64,000 nt of DNA from Escherichia phage phiWec179: the sequence record LC739533.1, one strand, 5' to 3'. The notes under the pieces were generated by a model, which saw only the letters and a list, made by a program, of their open reading frames with translations, was not told the origin of the DNA and did no database searches. Made by a program: the position numbers and the translations under genes. Numbering within the stretch: the first letter of the stretch is position 1; each line of letters starts with the position of its first letter. Shown here piece after piece: positions 63,999 through 64,000 of the stretch.

Positions 63999-64000
63999 AA

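Overview
This window reads as a segment of a large, probably virulent, tailed-phage (Caudoviricetes) genome with E. coli-like sigma70 promoters and SD sites; no integrase, rRNA, tRNA or CRISPR array was found. Three parts: (1) 1-27.2 kb, rightward block of nucleotide/DNA-metabolism and host-takeover genes: DnaQ-like exonuclease, HNH endonucleases, HAD nucleotidase, ThyX-like protein, NrdA/NrdB, a complete dTDP-rhamnose pathway (rfbB-A-C-D), glutaredoxin-like protein, T4-type lysozyme, PhoH, HslV-like peptidase, N6-adenine and C5-cytosine-like DNA methyltransferases, Ser/Thr phosphatase, DprA/SLOG-like protein and a Sir2-like protein, separated by GGGGC-TTCG-GCCCC-type terminators. (2) 27.3-47.5 kb, leftward block of about 65 tightly packed, often ATGA/TAATG-coupled small genes, including a 9-member paralogous family, at least two further paralog pairs, a serine recombinase and several zinc-ribbon, membrane and signal-peptide proteins. 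(3) 47.6-64 kb: a 1.45 kb ORF-free region rich in palindromes and iterons; a 12.5 kb array of about 37 small leftward genes with GC-richer codon usage, most preceded by a copy of a conserved promoter plus 5' leader hairpin cassette; an 0.8 kb convergent non-coding region with three perfect palindromic operator-like sites, direct repeats and an orphan strong promoter; then a NADAR-family gene. The candidates I rate most interesting are the repeated promoter-leader cassette array, the 9-member paralog family, and the two repeat-rich non-coding regions that bracket the array. All calls rest on motif reading by eye plus the supplied ORF track; no database search or computation was run, and coordinates of regulatory elements are approximate to a few nt.
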